DNA from: Deinococcota bacterium
GTDB taxonomy: Bacteria > Deinococcota > Deinococci > Deinococcales > Thermaceae
Length of the DNA stretch: 64,000 bases
NCBI GenBank assembly: GCA_041695225.1
Contig: JBGFRI010000014.1
Span: 32,001 to 96,000 of the forward strand
Direction: 5' to 3'
Shown here: positions 1 through 11,335 of the stretch, in pieces
Position numbering within the stretch: position 1 is the stretch's first letter
Layout of the letters: every line of letters starts with the position of its first letter
Notes under the pieces: generated by a model
Told to the model about the DNA's origin: nothing
What the model saw: the letters and a program-made list of their open reading frames with translations, nothing else
Databases searched by the model: none
Program-made: the position numbers and the translations under genes

Positions 1-55
1 GCCTCGCTCTTGCGGAGTATCTTCACACAACTACCTGCCGGGCGTCAAACCACCG

Positions 56-94
56 AGGTTACGGCTTTGCCGGAATCGCGTAAGCGACTCGCCT
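56..94 (+). repeat. 39-bp dispersed twin-hairpin REP-like element, copy 1
   Basis: aggttacggctttgccggaatcgcgtaagcgactcgcct; identical at 122-160, reverse complement at 4635-4673 and 42383-42421, variant at 19197-19235. Confidence 0.9.
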
Positions 95-119
95 AAGCCA
101 GCCCTAGTCACCAGTCTGT

Positions 120-692
120 CTAGGTTACGGCTTTGCCGGAATCGCGTAAGCGACTCGCCTGGGGTACTTCGTCTGCGGTGGCCTCGATAATGGTCAGGGT
201 ATTGGAGCCATACTCCCGGCGCTCACCCAGCGGCAGGGCCAGGCCAGTAGGGTGCTGCAAAATATACAGGCCGCCAGGTACAACTATCTGCGCCCCAAGC
301 AGCCGCTGGAAATCCTGACACAGGTCGTGGGGATAAGGCGGCGCCATAAAGGCCACCGTAAAGCGTAAGCCCCGCCGCTGAGCGTCCAGCAAATAGCGCT
401 CCGCAGCCATCGCTTCAATCTGAACCTTCAAACGGGCCCTGCTGGCATTTTCGCGCAGGCACTGGATGGCCTGGCGGTCTTTCTCCACCATGACAGTTGT
501 AAAACCCTCCGAGGCGGCCTCCAGCCCAATCGCACCACTCCCGGCATACAGGTCGAGAAAACTCCCCCGGTGCAGAAAGCGAAAGCGCAAAAAGTCGAAC
601 AGCGCCTTGCGCAGCCTTACCGGGCTGGGCCGCGCCGACCGCGGCACCTTCAGTTCAACGCCCCTGGCAGTTCCACCCAGTATTCGCAGCAT
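120..692 (-). CDS. rsmD: 16S rRNA m2G966 methyltransferase RsmD family
   Basis: MLRILGGTARG start, RP..RLRKALF, LDLYAGSGAIGLEAASEG, APPY and YGSNTLT motifs. Confidence 0.9.
   Translation of the reverse strand: MLRILGGTARGVELKVPRSARPSPVRLRKALFDFLRFRFLHRGSFLDLYAGSGAIGLEAASEGFTTVMVEKDRQAIQCLRENASRARLKVQIEAMAAERYLLDAQRRGLRFTVAFMAPPYPHDLCQDFQRLLGAQIVVPGGLYILQHPTGLALPLGERREYGSNTLTIIEATADEVPQASRLRDSGKAVT
122..160 (+). repeat. 39-bp REP-like element, copy 2 (within rsmD 3' end)
   Basis: Identical to 56-94; encodes the RsmD C-terminal ASRLRDSGKAVT on the minus strand. Confidence 0.9.
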
Positions 693-890
693 CCTTGGGA
701 TCCCTATCCCGTAACCCAGTCTGGAAACTACATCATATCTGCACAGACCGCGAACCTAACCTAACTGGCCTCATCGGTAATGTCAGCCACACAGCAGACC
801 ACTCTGCATAACATCATGCTGCCAAGGGCTTTCCAGGCTGTGATATTACCAGAAAAACCGCCAGTTACGTGCAGGCAACTCCAGCCCATG

Positions 891-1265
891 TTAGCGGGGC
901 CTGGGAACCAGGGTGGGAATTTGCGCCACTCGAGGGTTTCTGAACCACAGCTCACAGCGACGGACCGAGTTAAAACTTGTTCGCACCCGCACTTCAAAAG
1001 AGGCCACTTTTCCAGGGGTCAGTCTACGATCAAGCAACGCCGCGCTGTTGCTGACCATGCGCAGCCCTGGCCCAACTACCCGCACACTGGCGCGCAAGTC
1101 GCTCAATGGGCGCGAGCTGATGTTCTTGACCACCCCTTGCACCAGTACCCCATTAGGAAACGATTTACAACTCCAGGACACAACCCGCAGCCGATAAGCG
1201 CCTGACTGGCCCATCACCATACCGCCGACGGTTAGCAGCAGAAGTAAAACTAGCAAGCGCTTCAT
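891..1265 (-). CDS. Secreted hypothetical protein, FxLYD-like beta-sandwich
   Basis: Signal peptide MKRLLVLLLLL; VQGVVKN...L.PG..ASFEV pattern. Confidence 0.6.
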   Translation of the reverse strand: MKRLLVLLLLLTVGGMVMGQSGAYRLRVVSWSCKSFPNGVLVQGVVKNISSRPLSDLRASVRVVGPGLRMVSNSAALLDRRLTPGKVASFEVRVRTSFNSVRRCELWFRNPRVAQIPTLVPRPR

Positions 1266-1445
1266 GGCTAAAATCCGGTGAATCTGGCCCGGAGCCGGTG
1301 CAGGCTCAGGTGGGTCTTACCTCCCAACTGCGAGTGCAGTCTATAGCAAAACTGAGTTTCACAAGCAGTTATTTGAAGCCTGTGAGAAGAACTCCGGTTT
1401 TTGCCGAGCAGGTTTTGCCTGCGACCAGGTAGGCTTGGCAGCTTC

Positions 1446-1612
1446 AGAATGTCTCATGTCGCGAGTCTCAAGTCTCAAGTCATGCGACCTGCGACATTCA
1501 ATGAGTCGATAGTCAATAGTCCATAGCCGATAGCTTTTGACCCTCGACCCTCGACCCTCAACTAGCTTTTGACCCTCGACCTGCGACCTACGGCTTGCGA
1601 CCTGAGACATCA
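1446..1612. repeat. Composite heptamer (STRR-like) palindromic array
   Basis: 7-nt units gtctcaa, gatagtc, ccctcga, tgcgacc; the core tcgactcattgaatg is shared in reverse complement with 59030-59195. Confidence 0.85.
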
Positions 1613-1632
1613 CCTTTGTGTCATGGCTACAC

Positions 1633-1664
1633 TTGACAAACAGCTAGGCCCTCGTTCGTATACT
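1633..1664 (+). promoter_or_regulatory. Putative topA promoter (TTGACA-N20-TATACT)
   Basis: TTGACA at 1633-1638 and TATACT at 1659-1664; spacer is unusually long. Confidence 0.5.
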
Positions 1665-1671
1665 TAGCCGT

Positions 1672-1803
1672 ATGTGTAGGACAATAGCATGACCGAAAAT
1701 GAAAGGGTCTACTCCATGCGTAAGACAATAGCATCGCCGAAAATGAAAGGGCCTACTCCATGCGTAGGACAATAGCATGAGCAAAAATGAAAGGGCCTAC
1801 TTC
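1672..1803 (+). repeat. 3 x 44-bp tandem repeat directly upstream of the topA start
   Basis: Units 1672-1715, 1716-1759, 1760-1803; consensus ATGCGTAGGACAATAGCATGACCGAAAATGAAAGGGCCTACTCC. Confidence 0.95.
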
Positions 1804-4605
1804 ATGCCAGATTCAACCTTAATTGTTGTGGAATCACCCGCCAAAGCCAAAAGCCTTCAGAAAATGCTGGGGGCGGGGTACGAGGTACGGGCCAGCAAAG
1901 GCCATGTGGCCGACCTACCCGAGCGCGACCTGGGCGTGGATATCCAAGCAGATTTTGCGCCACAGTATGAGGTAAAAAAAGAAAAGCAGCCGGTGGTGGA
2001 TGGCCTCAAGAAAGCTGCTCGGGGTAAGCGCGTGCTGATTGCTACCGACCCCGACCGCGAGGGTGAGGCGATTGGCTGGCATGTGGCCAGGCTGCTGGGG
2101 CTCAACCTGCAAAACCCTTTGCGGGTGGAGTTTCACGAGATTACCCCCCGGGTGGTTCGGGCTGCGGTGCAAAGCCCTCGCCCTATAGACCAGAGCCTGG
2201 TAGACGCCCAGCAAGCCCGAAGGGTGCTGGACCGGCTGGTGGGCTACCAGCTTTCCCCTGTGCTAAGCATGGAGTTCCGCCGCAGAGCCCTGTCGGCTGG
2301 CCGGGTACAGTCGGTTGCACTGCGGCTGCTGGTAGAGCGAGAGCAAGAGATTGAAGTTTTTGTACCGCAGGAGTACTGGACCATTGAGGGACAGTTTGAG
2401 TCGGAGGGCCAGACGTTTAAGGCCATGCTCTACAGCGTGAACCAGGAGCGGCTCCAGACCAGAGAAAAATTCCTCATCACCAACGAAGCCCAGGCCGTGG
2501 AGATCGCCCGCCAGGCCCAGGCTGTCCGGAACTACCGCATCAGCAGTGTTGAGCGCCGCGAGCGCCGCCGCAATGCCGCCGCGCCCTTTACTACCTCCAC
2601 CCTTCAGCAGGCCGCCAGTAGCCGCCTGGGCTGGACCGCCAGCCGTACCATGCGGGTTGCCCAGAGGCTGTATGAGGGGGTGGATCTGCCCGAGGGCACG
2701 GTGGGCCTGATCACCTATATGCGCACCGACTCCACGCGGGTCTCGCAGGAAGCGCTGAGCGAGGTACGCAAGTACATTCCCGGCCATTTTGGACCCGGCT
2801 ACCTGCCCGAAAAACCCAACACCTACCTGGGAAAGAAAGCGGTCGGTACCCAGGACGCCCACGAAGCTATTCGCCCCACCTCGGCCACCCGTACCCCCGA
2901 TTCAGTCAAGAAGCATCTGGAAGACGAAGAGTTCAGGCTCTACCAGCTCATCTGGCAGCGCTTTGTGGCCTCGCAGATGACCCCCGCCGTCTTCGACCAG
3001 ACCACGGTGAGCGTCGCCGGTGGAGCACTGGTCTTCCGGGCGGTGGGGTCGGTACTCAAATTTGATGGGTTTTTGCGGGTATATGGGCGCGAAGAGGGTG
3101 ACGATACCGAGAACCTGCTCCCACCCTTGCGTCAGAACGCTACCGCCGCACTGCTGGGACTAAAGCCCGAGCAGCACTTTACCGAGCCGCCCCCGCGCTA
3201 TACCGATGCCAGCCTGGTAAAAGCACTGGAAGAAATGGGCATCGGGCGGCCCTCGACCTATGCACCCACCATTGATACCTTAGAACGCCGTAGCTACCTC
3301 GAGCGCTCGGGCAAATCGCTCAGGCCCACACCGCTGGGGCGCGAGGTGACAGGTTACCTGGTGCAGAGTTTTCCTGACGTGGTGGCCTATGACTTTACCG
3401 CCCAGCTCGAGACCCGGCTCGACGATATCGAGGCGGGCAAAGCCCCCTGGCCCAAAGTGGTGCGGGAGTTTTACGAGCCCTTTCTCAAGGACTATGCCAA
3501 AGTTCCACAAAAGCTCTGCCCTGTATGCGGACGCCCCATGGAGCTCAGGGTCTCGAGGTTTGGCCAGTTCCTGGGCTGCACCGGCTACCCCGAGTGCAAG
3601 CACACCGAGCGCCTGGAAATCAGAAAAGCACCCGAGTCAATTGGCGAGACCTGTCCACAGTGCAGCCAGGGTCAGCTTGTGCGTCGCCATGGGCGCTACG
3701 GGACCTTCATAAGCTGCAACCGTTACCCCCAGTGTACCTATACCCGAGACGAAGCCCCCTCCACCGGTATTGCCTGTCCCAAATGTCATACGGGTGAGGT
3801 GGTGCAAAAAACCAGCAAGCGCGGCAAGCCGTATTACCGCTGCAACAGCCAGGCCTGCGACTTCCTGGTATTCGATCCGCTGGTACCGGAGAAGTGCGCT
3901 GTTTGCGGCTGGAACGAGATGGCTAAGGGTCGCTCGGGCAGGCGAGCCTGCTCCAACCCCGGTTGCGCGCGCTACGGCGGCCCCGATCTGCAGGCTTTGA
4001 GTGAGCGTCGGGCCGACCGGGGGTCGAAGGGAAAAACAGCCAAGGGTCAGGAGTCTAGGGTCGAGAGCTTTGGCCCTCGACTCTCGACTCTCGACTCTCG
4101 ACCGCCCTCGACCTGGGCCGACCTCGAGCCCTTGATCGCACGGGTGGGCCTGACCGCCGACCAGGCCGAGGTAGCGCGGCGCACCCAGGGGCAGCAAAAG
4201 GCCGTCTCGGCGGTAGCCAGACAGCTCAACCGGCCTGAAGAATCGGTACTGAAGCTTTTCCGCCAGGCCATGTTCAAGCTGCGCATGGAATATGGGAAAA
4301 GCAAAGCCGCCAGCGAGGGCCAGGAATCTCAGGCAAGGGCCAGAGCCAAGGGTAAAGCAACAAAGCCTAAGCCCCGCGAACCTGGCGCAACCTGGGCCGA
4401 CCTCGAGCGCCTTATTGGTCGAGTGGGCCTGACCGCCGAGCAAGCCGAAATTGTCCGCCGCAGCCAGGGGAAGCAAAAAGCCGTGCCCGAGGTTGCCAGA
4501 GCACTGGGCAAAACCGAGGACGAGACCCTCAGGCTCTTCCGTCAGGCCATCTTCAAGCTGCGGATGGAGTATGGCCGGGCCCGCAAGGAAGCGGTTGGGG
4601 CTTGA
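1804..4605 (+). CDS. topA: DNA topoisomerase I with four Zn ribbons and two C-terminal sigma4-like repeats
   Basis: IVVESPAKAK, ATDPDREGE, SAGRVQS, LITYMRTDS, GIGRPSTYA; four CxxC...C..C ribbons; start at ATG 1804 after GAAAGGG. Confidence 0.97.
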   Translation: MPDSTLIVVESPAKAKSLQKMLGAGYEVRASKGHVADLPERDLGVDIQADFAPQYEVKKEKQPVVDGLKKAARGKRVLIATDPDREGEAIGWHVARLLGLNLQNPLRVEFHEITPRVVRAAVQSPRPIDQSLVDAQQARRVLDRLVGYQLSPVLSMEFRRRALSAGRVQSVALRLLVEREQEIEVFVPQEYWTIEGQFESEGQTFKAMLYSVNQERLQTREKFLITNEAQAVEIARQAQAVRNYRISSVERRERRRNAAAPFTTSTLQQAASSRLGWTASRTMRVAQRLYEGVDLPEGTVGLITYMRTDSTRVSQEALSEVRKYIPGHFGPGYLPEKPNTYLGKKAVGTQDAHEAIRPTSATRTPDSVKKHLEDEEFRLYQLIWQRFVASQMTPAVFDQTTVSVAGGALVFRAVGSVLKFDGFLRVYGREEGDDTENLLPPLRQNATAALLGLKPEQHFTEPPPRYTDASLVKALEEMGIGRPSTYAPTIDTLERRSYLERSGKSLRPTPLGREVTGYLVQSFPDVVAYDFTAQLETRLDDIEAGKAPWPKVVREFYEPFLKDYAKVPQKLCPVCGRPMELRVSRFGQFLGCTGYPECKHTERLEIRKAPESIGETCPQCSQGQLVRRHGRYGTFISCNRYPQCTYTRDEAPSTGIACPKCHTGEVVQKTSKRGKPYYRCNSQACDFLVFDPLVPEKCAVCGWNEMAKGRSGRRACSNPGCARYGGPDLQALSERRADRGSKGKTAKGQESRVESFGPRLSTLDSRPPSTWADLEPLIARVGLTADQAEVARRTQGQQKAVSAVARQLNRPEESVLKLFRQAMFKLRMEYGKSKAASEGQESQARARAKGKATKPKPREPGATWADLERLIGRVGLTAEQAEIVRRSQGKQKAVPEVARALGKTEDETLRLFRQAIFKLRMEYGRARKEAVGA

Positions 4606-4634
4606 GAACCACCGACTCTCGAAGCCTTTCGCCT

Positions 4635-4673
4635 AGGCGAGTCGGTTACACGATTCCGGCAAAGCCGTAACCT
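4635..4673 (-). repeat. 39-bp REP-like element, copy 3
   Basis: Reverse complement of 56-94 with 2 mismatches. Confidence 0.85.
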
Positions 4674-4676
4674 GGT

Positions 4677-4940
4677 ATGAAACTCCATCTTGTCCGGCTC
4701 GCCAAACGCCAGGGGGAGGCCCGTTTCCCCGGCATTACTGGCTTTTGCTCATATATGCTTTCCGAGCCCGAACAGGTGGACGAGGCCCGTTTGTATGTAC
4801 TGCTGGAGGGCGAACTGGTGATTGACCTGCCCGACAAAAGCTACCTGCACCTGCGTAGAGGCGAGGCGGCTCACCTCGAGGGGCCGCACCTGATCTCCCC
4901 TATTGTCCCCAGCGTGGTCGCTCTGTGGAAGCTGAAGTAG
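4677..4940 (+). CDS. Small cupin-fold hypothetical protein
   Basis: LYVLLEGELVIDL...LRRGEAAHL cupin-like pattern. Confidence 0.65.
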   Translation: MKLHLVRLAKRQGEARFPGITGFCSYMLSEPEQVDEARLYVLLEGELVIDLPDKSYLHLRRGEAAHLEGPHLISPIVPSVVALWKLK

Positions 4941-5260
4941 CGCAGTTGCGAGTGAATTACAGGGTTTTCACACTGACCTATGTGATGACCGTGCCACACC
5001 ATCGCGTGCATCAATCCGCATCCCCGCAACTTTAACCGATGCGCAAGTGCTATTGGACTGTTGCTGGGGCCGCAATACCAGCATCTGGCCCGTCCGGTAA
5101 AGTCGGCAGCAACTCAACTTCCTACGGAAGTCTGTAGTTTGGTGGCAGGAGGGCTTGTACGACCAGTTGTCAGGGCCAAAGCAGCACGACCTGCAAGCAG
5201 AGAATATAGTTTCAGGCTTCACCTCAAGGATGCAGCCGCAAGCAGGCGCATGAGGGCAAC

Positions 5261-5644
5261 TTAGACAACCTGGGGGAGGTTGTACTTGAACAACTTGAGG
5301 GCGTACCCGTTGGGGTCGCGCAGTATGAAGCCGTAAGGTCCCTGCTGATGACGGTAGGTCTGGCGCAGGTCGCGCTCAATCGGCAATAGGTCGGCCAGCT
5401 TTTGGTAGAGTGTATCCACAGCGCCAAAGTCATCTAGCTCTAGCCCCAGGTAGGTGATGGCGCCGGGGTCGGGCGGCGACGTTGCGCGGTCAAAGCGCAG
5501 CACAAAGCCATCGGGAAAGCTGACCCAGACCACCCCACGCTCGTCGTCGCAGCGAACCCCGGGAAGGCCCAGCGTCTGGGCATAAAAATCGCGAGTAGCC
5601 TCCAGAAACTGGGTTTTGAGCGCTATGTGTTGCAGCCTGGGCAT
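5261..5644 (-). CDS. VOC/glyoxalase family protein
   Basis: LQHIAL...FYAQTLGL and LRDPNGYAL motifs; TAAAAT 6 nt before ATG. Confidence 0.85.
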   Translation of the reverse strand: MPRLQHIALKTQFLEATRDFYAQTLGLPGVRCDDERGVVWVSFPDGFVLRFDRATSPPDPGAITYLGLELDDFGAVDTLYQKLADLLPIERDLRQTYRHQQGPYGFILRDPNGYALKLFKYNLPQVV

Positions 5645-5682
5645 GGTCCCATTTTAGCAAAAGCGCCCGACGCCAGGTAAAA

Positions 5683-5740
5683 ATGTCGCAGGTCTCAAGT
5701 CACAGGTCTTTTTGGCTTGCGACTTGCGACCTGAGACATC
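5683..5740. repeat. Heptamer palindromic element
   Basis: atgtcgcaggtctcaagtcacagg...cttgcgacttgcgacctgagacat; near-identical reverse complement at 42550-42606. Confidence 0.85.
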
Positions 5741-5760
5741 GTAAAAATGGTGCAGGGGTT

Positions 5761-7980
<2,220 letters not shown>

Positions 7981-8037
7981 GCAGCTCACCTCCCAGTGAA
8001 GGGCTGAAGGCCCGGCGTTGCAGGAACTACAGCAGTA

Positions 8038-9135
8038 TCAACCCTTTTGAGCCAGCAGAACCTTGTGGCTATCCACAGCCAGTGTACGCACAGTGGAAAA
8101 GTGCGCCTTTAGCAAGGGTTCGTAGGGCAAAAAGCGATTTGCCACCAGATAAAAGTTCCCGCCCCTCTCCAGGCGGGCGTAGGCAGCTTCTATAAATGCA
8201 GTGGCGGTTTCTAGCACGACAAGCCCCCCCACGTGGAACGGGGGGTTCGAAATAATAGTAGCGAAACTCTGCCCCGGCGTCAAGGCCTCGTCCACATCGG
8301 AATGAAGTACTCTGGCCGACTGGCCCAAATTCCGCTGTGCGCTCAGAACGCTGGGCCAGTCGTCATCGAGCAGAGTAAGGCTTTCGGCGCGACCTACCAG
8401 TGGACGGCTTAGCGCGCCATAGCCGCTGCCCATATCCAGCACAGTGCCGAGATATTGGGGCAGCTGGCCCAGCAGCATGGCACTGCCCGGATCCAGGCGA
8501 GCCGCGGAAAACACCCCTGGTAGATAAGTAAAATGCAGCACCTGTCCAGCAAACATACAGGAATAGGACTCCCAGACTTCCGGTAACGCGGGGGCGGGCC
8601 TTTCTTTTTCCAGCAATGCCACCCGGGTTGCTCCCTCACGTTCGATCAGCACCCCAAAACCCAGCAGTTCCTGGGCCAGTTTGAAGTACTGCCCAAAGCC
8701 CTTGTCCTTGTTACCTGCAATCCAGAGCCGCCCTCCACTGCGCAGGGACCTGGCTGCCCCGAGCAACGACAGCTCCACATACCGCGTCCCACGGTTGGCC
8801 GGCAGCACCATGGCGATCATGTCTACCGACGCCGGCTCGGTTTCCCAGGGCAGCCCTCGTACCACTCTTACTAAATTTCCGAAACTGGCCTCTAAACAAC
8901 GCAGGGCAGCCCTCGAGGTCTCGATGGCCTGCACCGACAGGCCCTGCCGTTGCAGGGCTTGTACAACCAGGCCAATACCCGGGTTCAGGTCCAGCGCGGT
9001 CTGACCAAAAGGCTTTAGGCAGCGCGCCAACAGCTCGTAGGCAGGGTCGGCCAGGCCCCGTACACCCGGTTTGGTAAACAGCTGCCCCCCTGGAACTGGC
9101 GTTGGCTGCAAAGTGTGGTACTCTCCCAGGGTCAT
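8038..9135 (-). CDS. rsmC: 16S rRNA m2G1207 methyltransferase, Thermus-type two-domain
   Basis: KPGVRG, LDLNPGIG, PGVFS, LDMGSGYG, SNPPFH; ATG 9135 overlaps the tsaB stop. Confidence 0.85.
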   Translation of the reverse strand: MTLGEYHTLQPTPVPGGQLFTKPGVRGLADPAYELLARCLKPFGQTALDLNPGIGLVVQALQRQGLSVQAIETSRAALRCLEASFGNLVRVVRGLPWETEPASVDMIAMVLPANRGTRYVELSLLGAARSLRSGGRLWIAGNKDKGFGQYFKLAQELLGFGVLIEREGATRVALLEKERPAPALPEVWESYSCMFAGQVLHFTYLPGVFSAARLDPGSAMLLGQLPQYLGTVLDMGSGYGALSRPLVGRAESLTLLDDDWPSVLSAQRNLGQSARVLHSDVDEALTPGQSFATIISNPPFHVGGLVVLETATAFIEAAYARLERGGNFYLVANRFLPYEPLLKAHFSTVRTLAVDSHKVLLAQKG

Positions 9136-9662
9136 AAATAGACTGACTCGACACCGGTCTGCCCGGCCTGGAGCAGCCGGATGCCCAGATATGCCAAGGC
9201 CATTCCCGAAGGGGGCTGATCTAGCGAAAAAAGGCCGGTGGGTTGCAATTCTGTCAGCCTGCTCCGACGGGGCGGTTCTATTGCCGTTAGCTCCCCGTCC
9301 ACTGAGTGGTAAGACGCGGTGTAGCAAAGACCTTTGCGGGTAGTATGGGCCACACACACCCGGCCCTGGTAACGCAGGGCTACCCCTTCCAGAGTATCCA
9401 CCCCTACTACCGGAAGGCCCAGCCCACGGGCCAGCCCCAGACCCGCAGCAATTCCCACCCGCAGTCCGGTGTAGGAGCCCGGCCCCCGCCCCACAGCAAT
9501 GCCCTGCAGATCTTTTCGACTGACCCCGGTCTGGTGCAAAAAGTGCTCCAGCTCAGCCCACAGCACCTCGGCATGGCGGCGTCCCAGCCGAATGGCCCGT
9601 TCGGCCTGGGGCAGGCCCAAGACCAGATAGGGGGTGGCAGTGTCCAGGGCGAGTACCTGCAC
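9132..9662 (-). CDS. tsaB: t6A37 biosynthesis protein TsaB
   Basis: LALDTAT, HAE.L, GPGSYTGLRVG; GTG start 6 nt after TATACT. Confidence 0.92.
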   Translation of the reverse strand: MQVLALDTATPYLVLGLPQAERAIRLGRRHAEVLWAELEHFLHQTGVSRKDLQGIAVGRGPGSYTGLRVGIAAGLGLARGLGLPVVGVDTLEGVALRYQGRVCVAHTTRKGLCYTASYHSVDGELTAIEPPRRSRLTELQPTGLFSLDQPPSGMALAYLGIRLLQAGQTGVESVYL

Positions 9663-9684
9663 CAAAGGAGTATAGCAGCTAGAA

Positions 9685-9795
9685 ATAGCTGATAGCCAAT
9701 AGCCAATAGCTGATAGATATCGGCTATAGACTATCGACTATAGACAATCGACTATAGACTATCGACTATCGACTATCGACTATGGGCTATGGGCT
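9685..9795. repeat. Heptamer array (gactatc/gctatgg type)
   Basis: tagctga tagccaa tagccaa... gactatc gactata repeats forming an imperfect inverted structure. Confidence 0.85.
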
Positions 9796-9830
9796 GTCCC
9801 CACTGCCTGCTTGCTGCTAGACTTGGGGCC

Positions 9831-10613
9831 ATGAAATTGGCCATTCTGGGTGTGGGCAAGATGGGTCAGAGTATTCTGGAGGGCGTTTTGCGGGCGGGGA
9901 TGCTCGAGGCTTCCGAAATCGGGATACTCGACACCCCCGAACGCACCCTCGAGGTGGCCCAGGCTACCGGCGCAAACCCCCTGGGCCTGGAGGATCTGCG
10001 CCGCTGCCAGCGGGTGCTGCTGGGTGTTCAGCCCAAGGACCTCGCTGCCCTCGCGCCCCAGATAGCTCACCCCCATACCGGCTATATCTCCATCATGGCC
10101 GGGGTCTCAACCGCCTTGCTCTCGCGCCGCCTGGGAACCCGGCGGGTGGTGCGCTGCATGCCCAATCTGGCTGCTACCATCGGCAAGAGTTCCACCGCCA
10201 TCACAGCACCCCGCGAGGCCCAGGAAGCCGGTGACCTGGAGTTCGCCCGTACCCTGTTTAAAACGGTAGGGGATGTATATGACCTGCCCGAGCGCCTTTT
10301 CGACGCCTTTACCGGCATGTCGGCCTCGGCCCCCGCCTATTTCGCGGTGGTTGCGGAGGGGCTGGCCGATGGAGGGGTCAAGCAGGGAATCCCCCGGGCC
10401 CAGGCCCTCCAGCTTGCTGCCGATGTGCTGATTGCCACCGGCGAGCTGCTGCGCAAAAAGCACCCTGGAGTGCTAAAAGACGAGGTCAGCAGCCCTGCGG
10501 GAACCACCATCTACGGCCTGGCGGCCCTCGAGGCCCGTGCAGTCCGTGCAGCGCTGGTCGAGGCGGTGGAAGCGGCTACCTTGCGCGGTCACGAGCTGGG
10601 AAGGGAAGACTAG
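9831..10613 (+). CDS. proC: Pyrroline-5-carboxylate reductase
   Basis: [32 protein letters not shown] 7 nt before ATG. Confidence 0.95.
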   Translation: MKLAILGVGKMGQSILEGVLRAGMLEASEIGILDTPERTLEVAQATGANPLGLEDLRRCQRVLLGVQPKDLAALAPQIAHPHTGYISIMAGVSTALLSRRLGTRRVVRCMPNLAATIGKSSTAITAPREAQEAGDLEFARTLFKTVGDVYDLPERLFDAFTGMSASAPAYFAVVAEGLADGGVKQGIPRAQALQLAADVLIATGELLRKKHPGVLKDEVSSPAGTTIYGLAALEARAVRAALVEAVEAATLRGHELGRED

Positions 10614-10780
10614 CCAGATAGGTTACTCGCATAGCGAGTATGCGCTACGCGCACCCCCTGGCAGCAAACCCGGCGGTCAGCTGCCCCGGGCCGGATGCAC
10701 CATCTGGACGGCCAGGCGGAAGTAGTATGGATAGCAATGGCCTAGGTGATGGAATGGTCGAGCATGTGGATGATTAGTCT

Positions 10781-11332
10781 ATGAAGCGCTTTTTGGCTCT
10801 TGGTCTACTGCTGGTTGGGGTCTCGGCTGCACCCCCAGCCTACTTCCCCCATGGAATTGGCTTCTCCTGGACATATTCCTCGGGTATGGAGCAGGTATTC
10901 ACTCGCGAACAGAATGGAATGCTGGTTCTGGAGCGGCGGCTGGCCAGGCAGCCGGTAAGCGCCGACCTGCTCCGCTTTACCCCAGACCGGGGGGTACTGC
11001 TGGAAGGCCTGATTATTGGTCAGACCGTGCAGCGCTACCAACCCCCCTTGCAGCTCTACCCCGCGCCCCCGCTGGTAGTGGGGCAGGAATGGGGAGGACG
11101 AAGCACTTTTGATGGCCAGACCGTGGCCCTGCTGGGCAAGGTCTTGCGCATCGAAGGGGTAAGTGTGCCAGCAGGACGCTTCAACGCCTTTGTGATTCGC
11201 ACCTCTACCGTCACCAGCGGCGGCGGCAGCCAGGTGGTGGAGATTTATTTTGTTCCTGGCGTGGGGGTTGTTCGTTATGCCACGCCGGATGGCGGAAGGG
11301 TTGACCTGGTAAGGTTCAATGTGGGTAAATAG
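10781..11332 (+). CDS. Secreted hypothetical protein
   Basis: Signal peptide; YFP..G.SWTY, VSVPAGRF and YFVPGVGVVR motifs. Confidence 0.75.
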   Translation: MKRFLALGLLLVGVSAAPPAYFPHGIGFSWTYSSGMEQVFTREQNGMLVLERRLARQPVSADLLRFTPDRGVLLEGLIIGQTVQRYQPPLQLYPAPPLVVGQEWGGRSTFDGQTVALLGKVLRIEGVSVPAGRFNAFVIRTSTVTSGGGSQVVEIYFVPGVGVVRYATPDGGRVDLVRFNVGK

Positions 11333-11335
11333 GTC

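Noticed and set aside
1359..1613. Small ORFs over heptamer arrays (also 5683, 33204, 44944, 62075)
   Set aside because: Translations (RRSQV, TCDLR) are artefacts of the 7-nt repeats
1672..1803. CRISPR array or iteron origin
   Set aside because: Units are contiguous with no unique spacers, and no cas or rep gene is nearby
4945..5255. Possible gene remnant or ncRNA between the cupin and VOC genes
   Set aside because: No recognisable motif or stable structure; cannot be supported without a search
9136..9357. N-terminal extension of RsmC in the ORF track
   Set aside because: Overlaps tsaB; the true start is the coupled ATG at 9135
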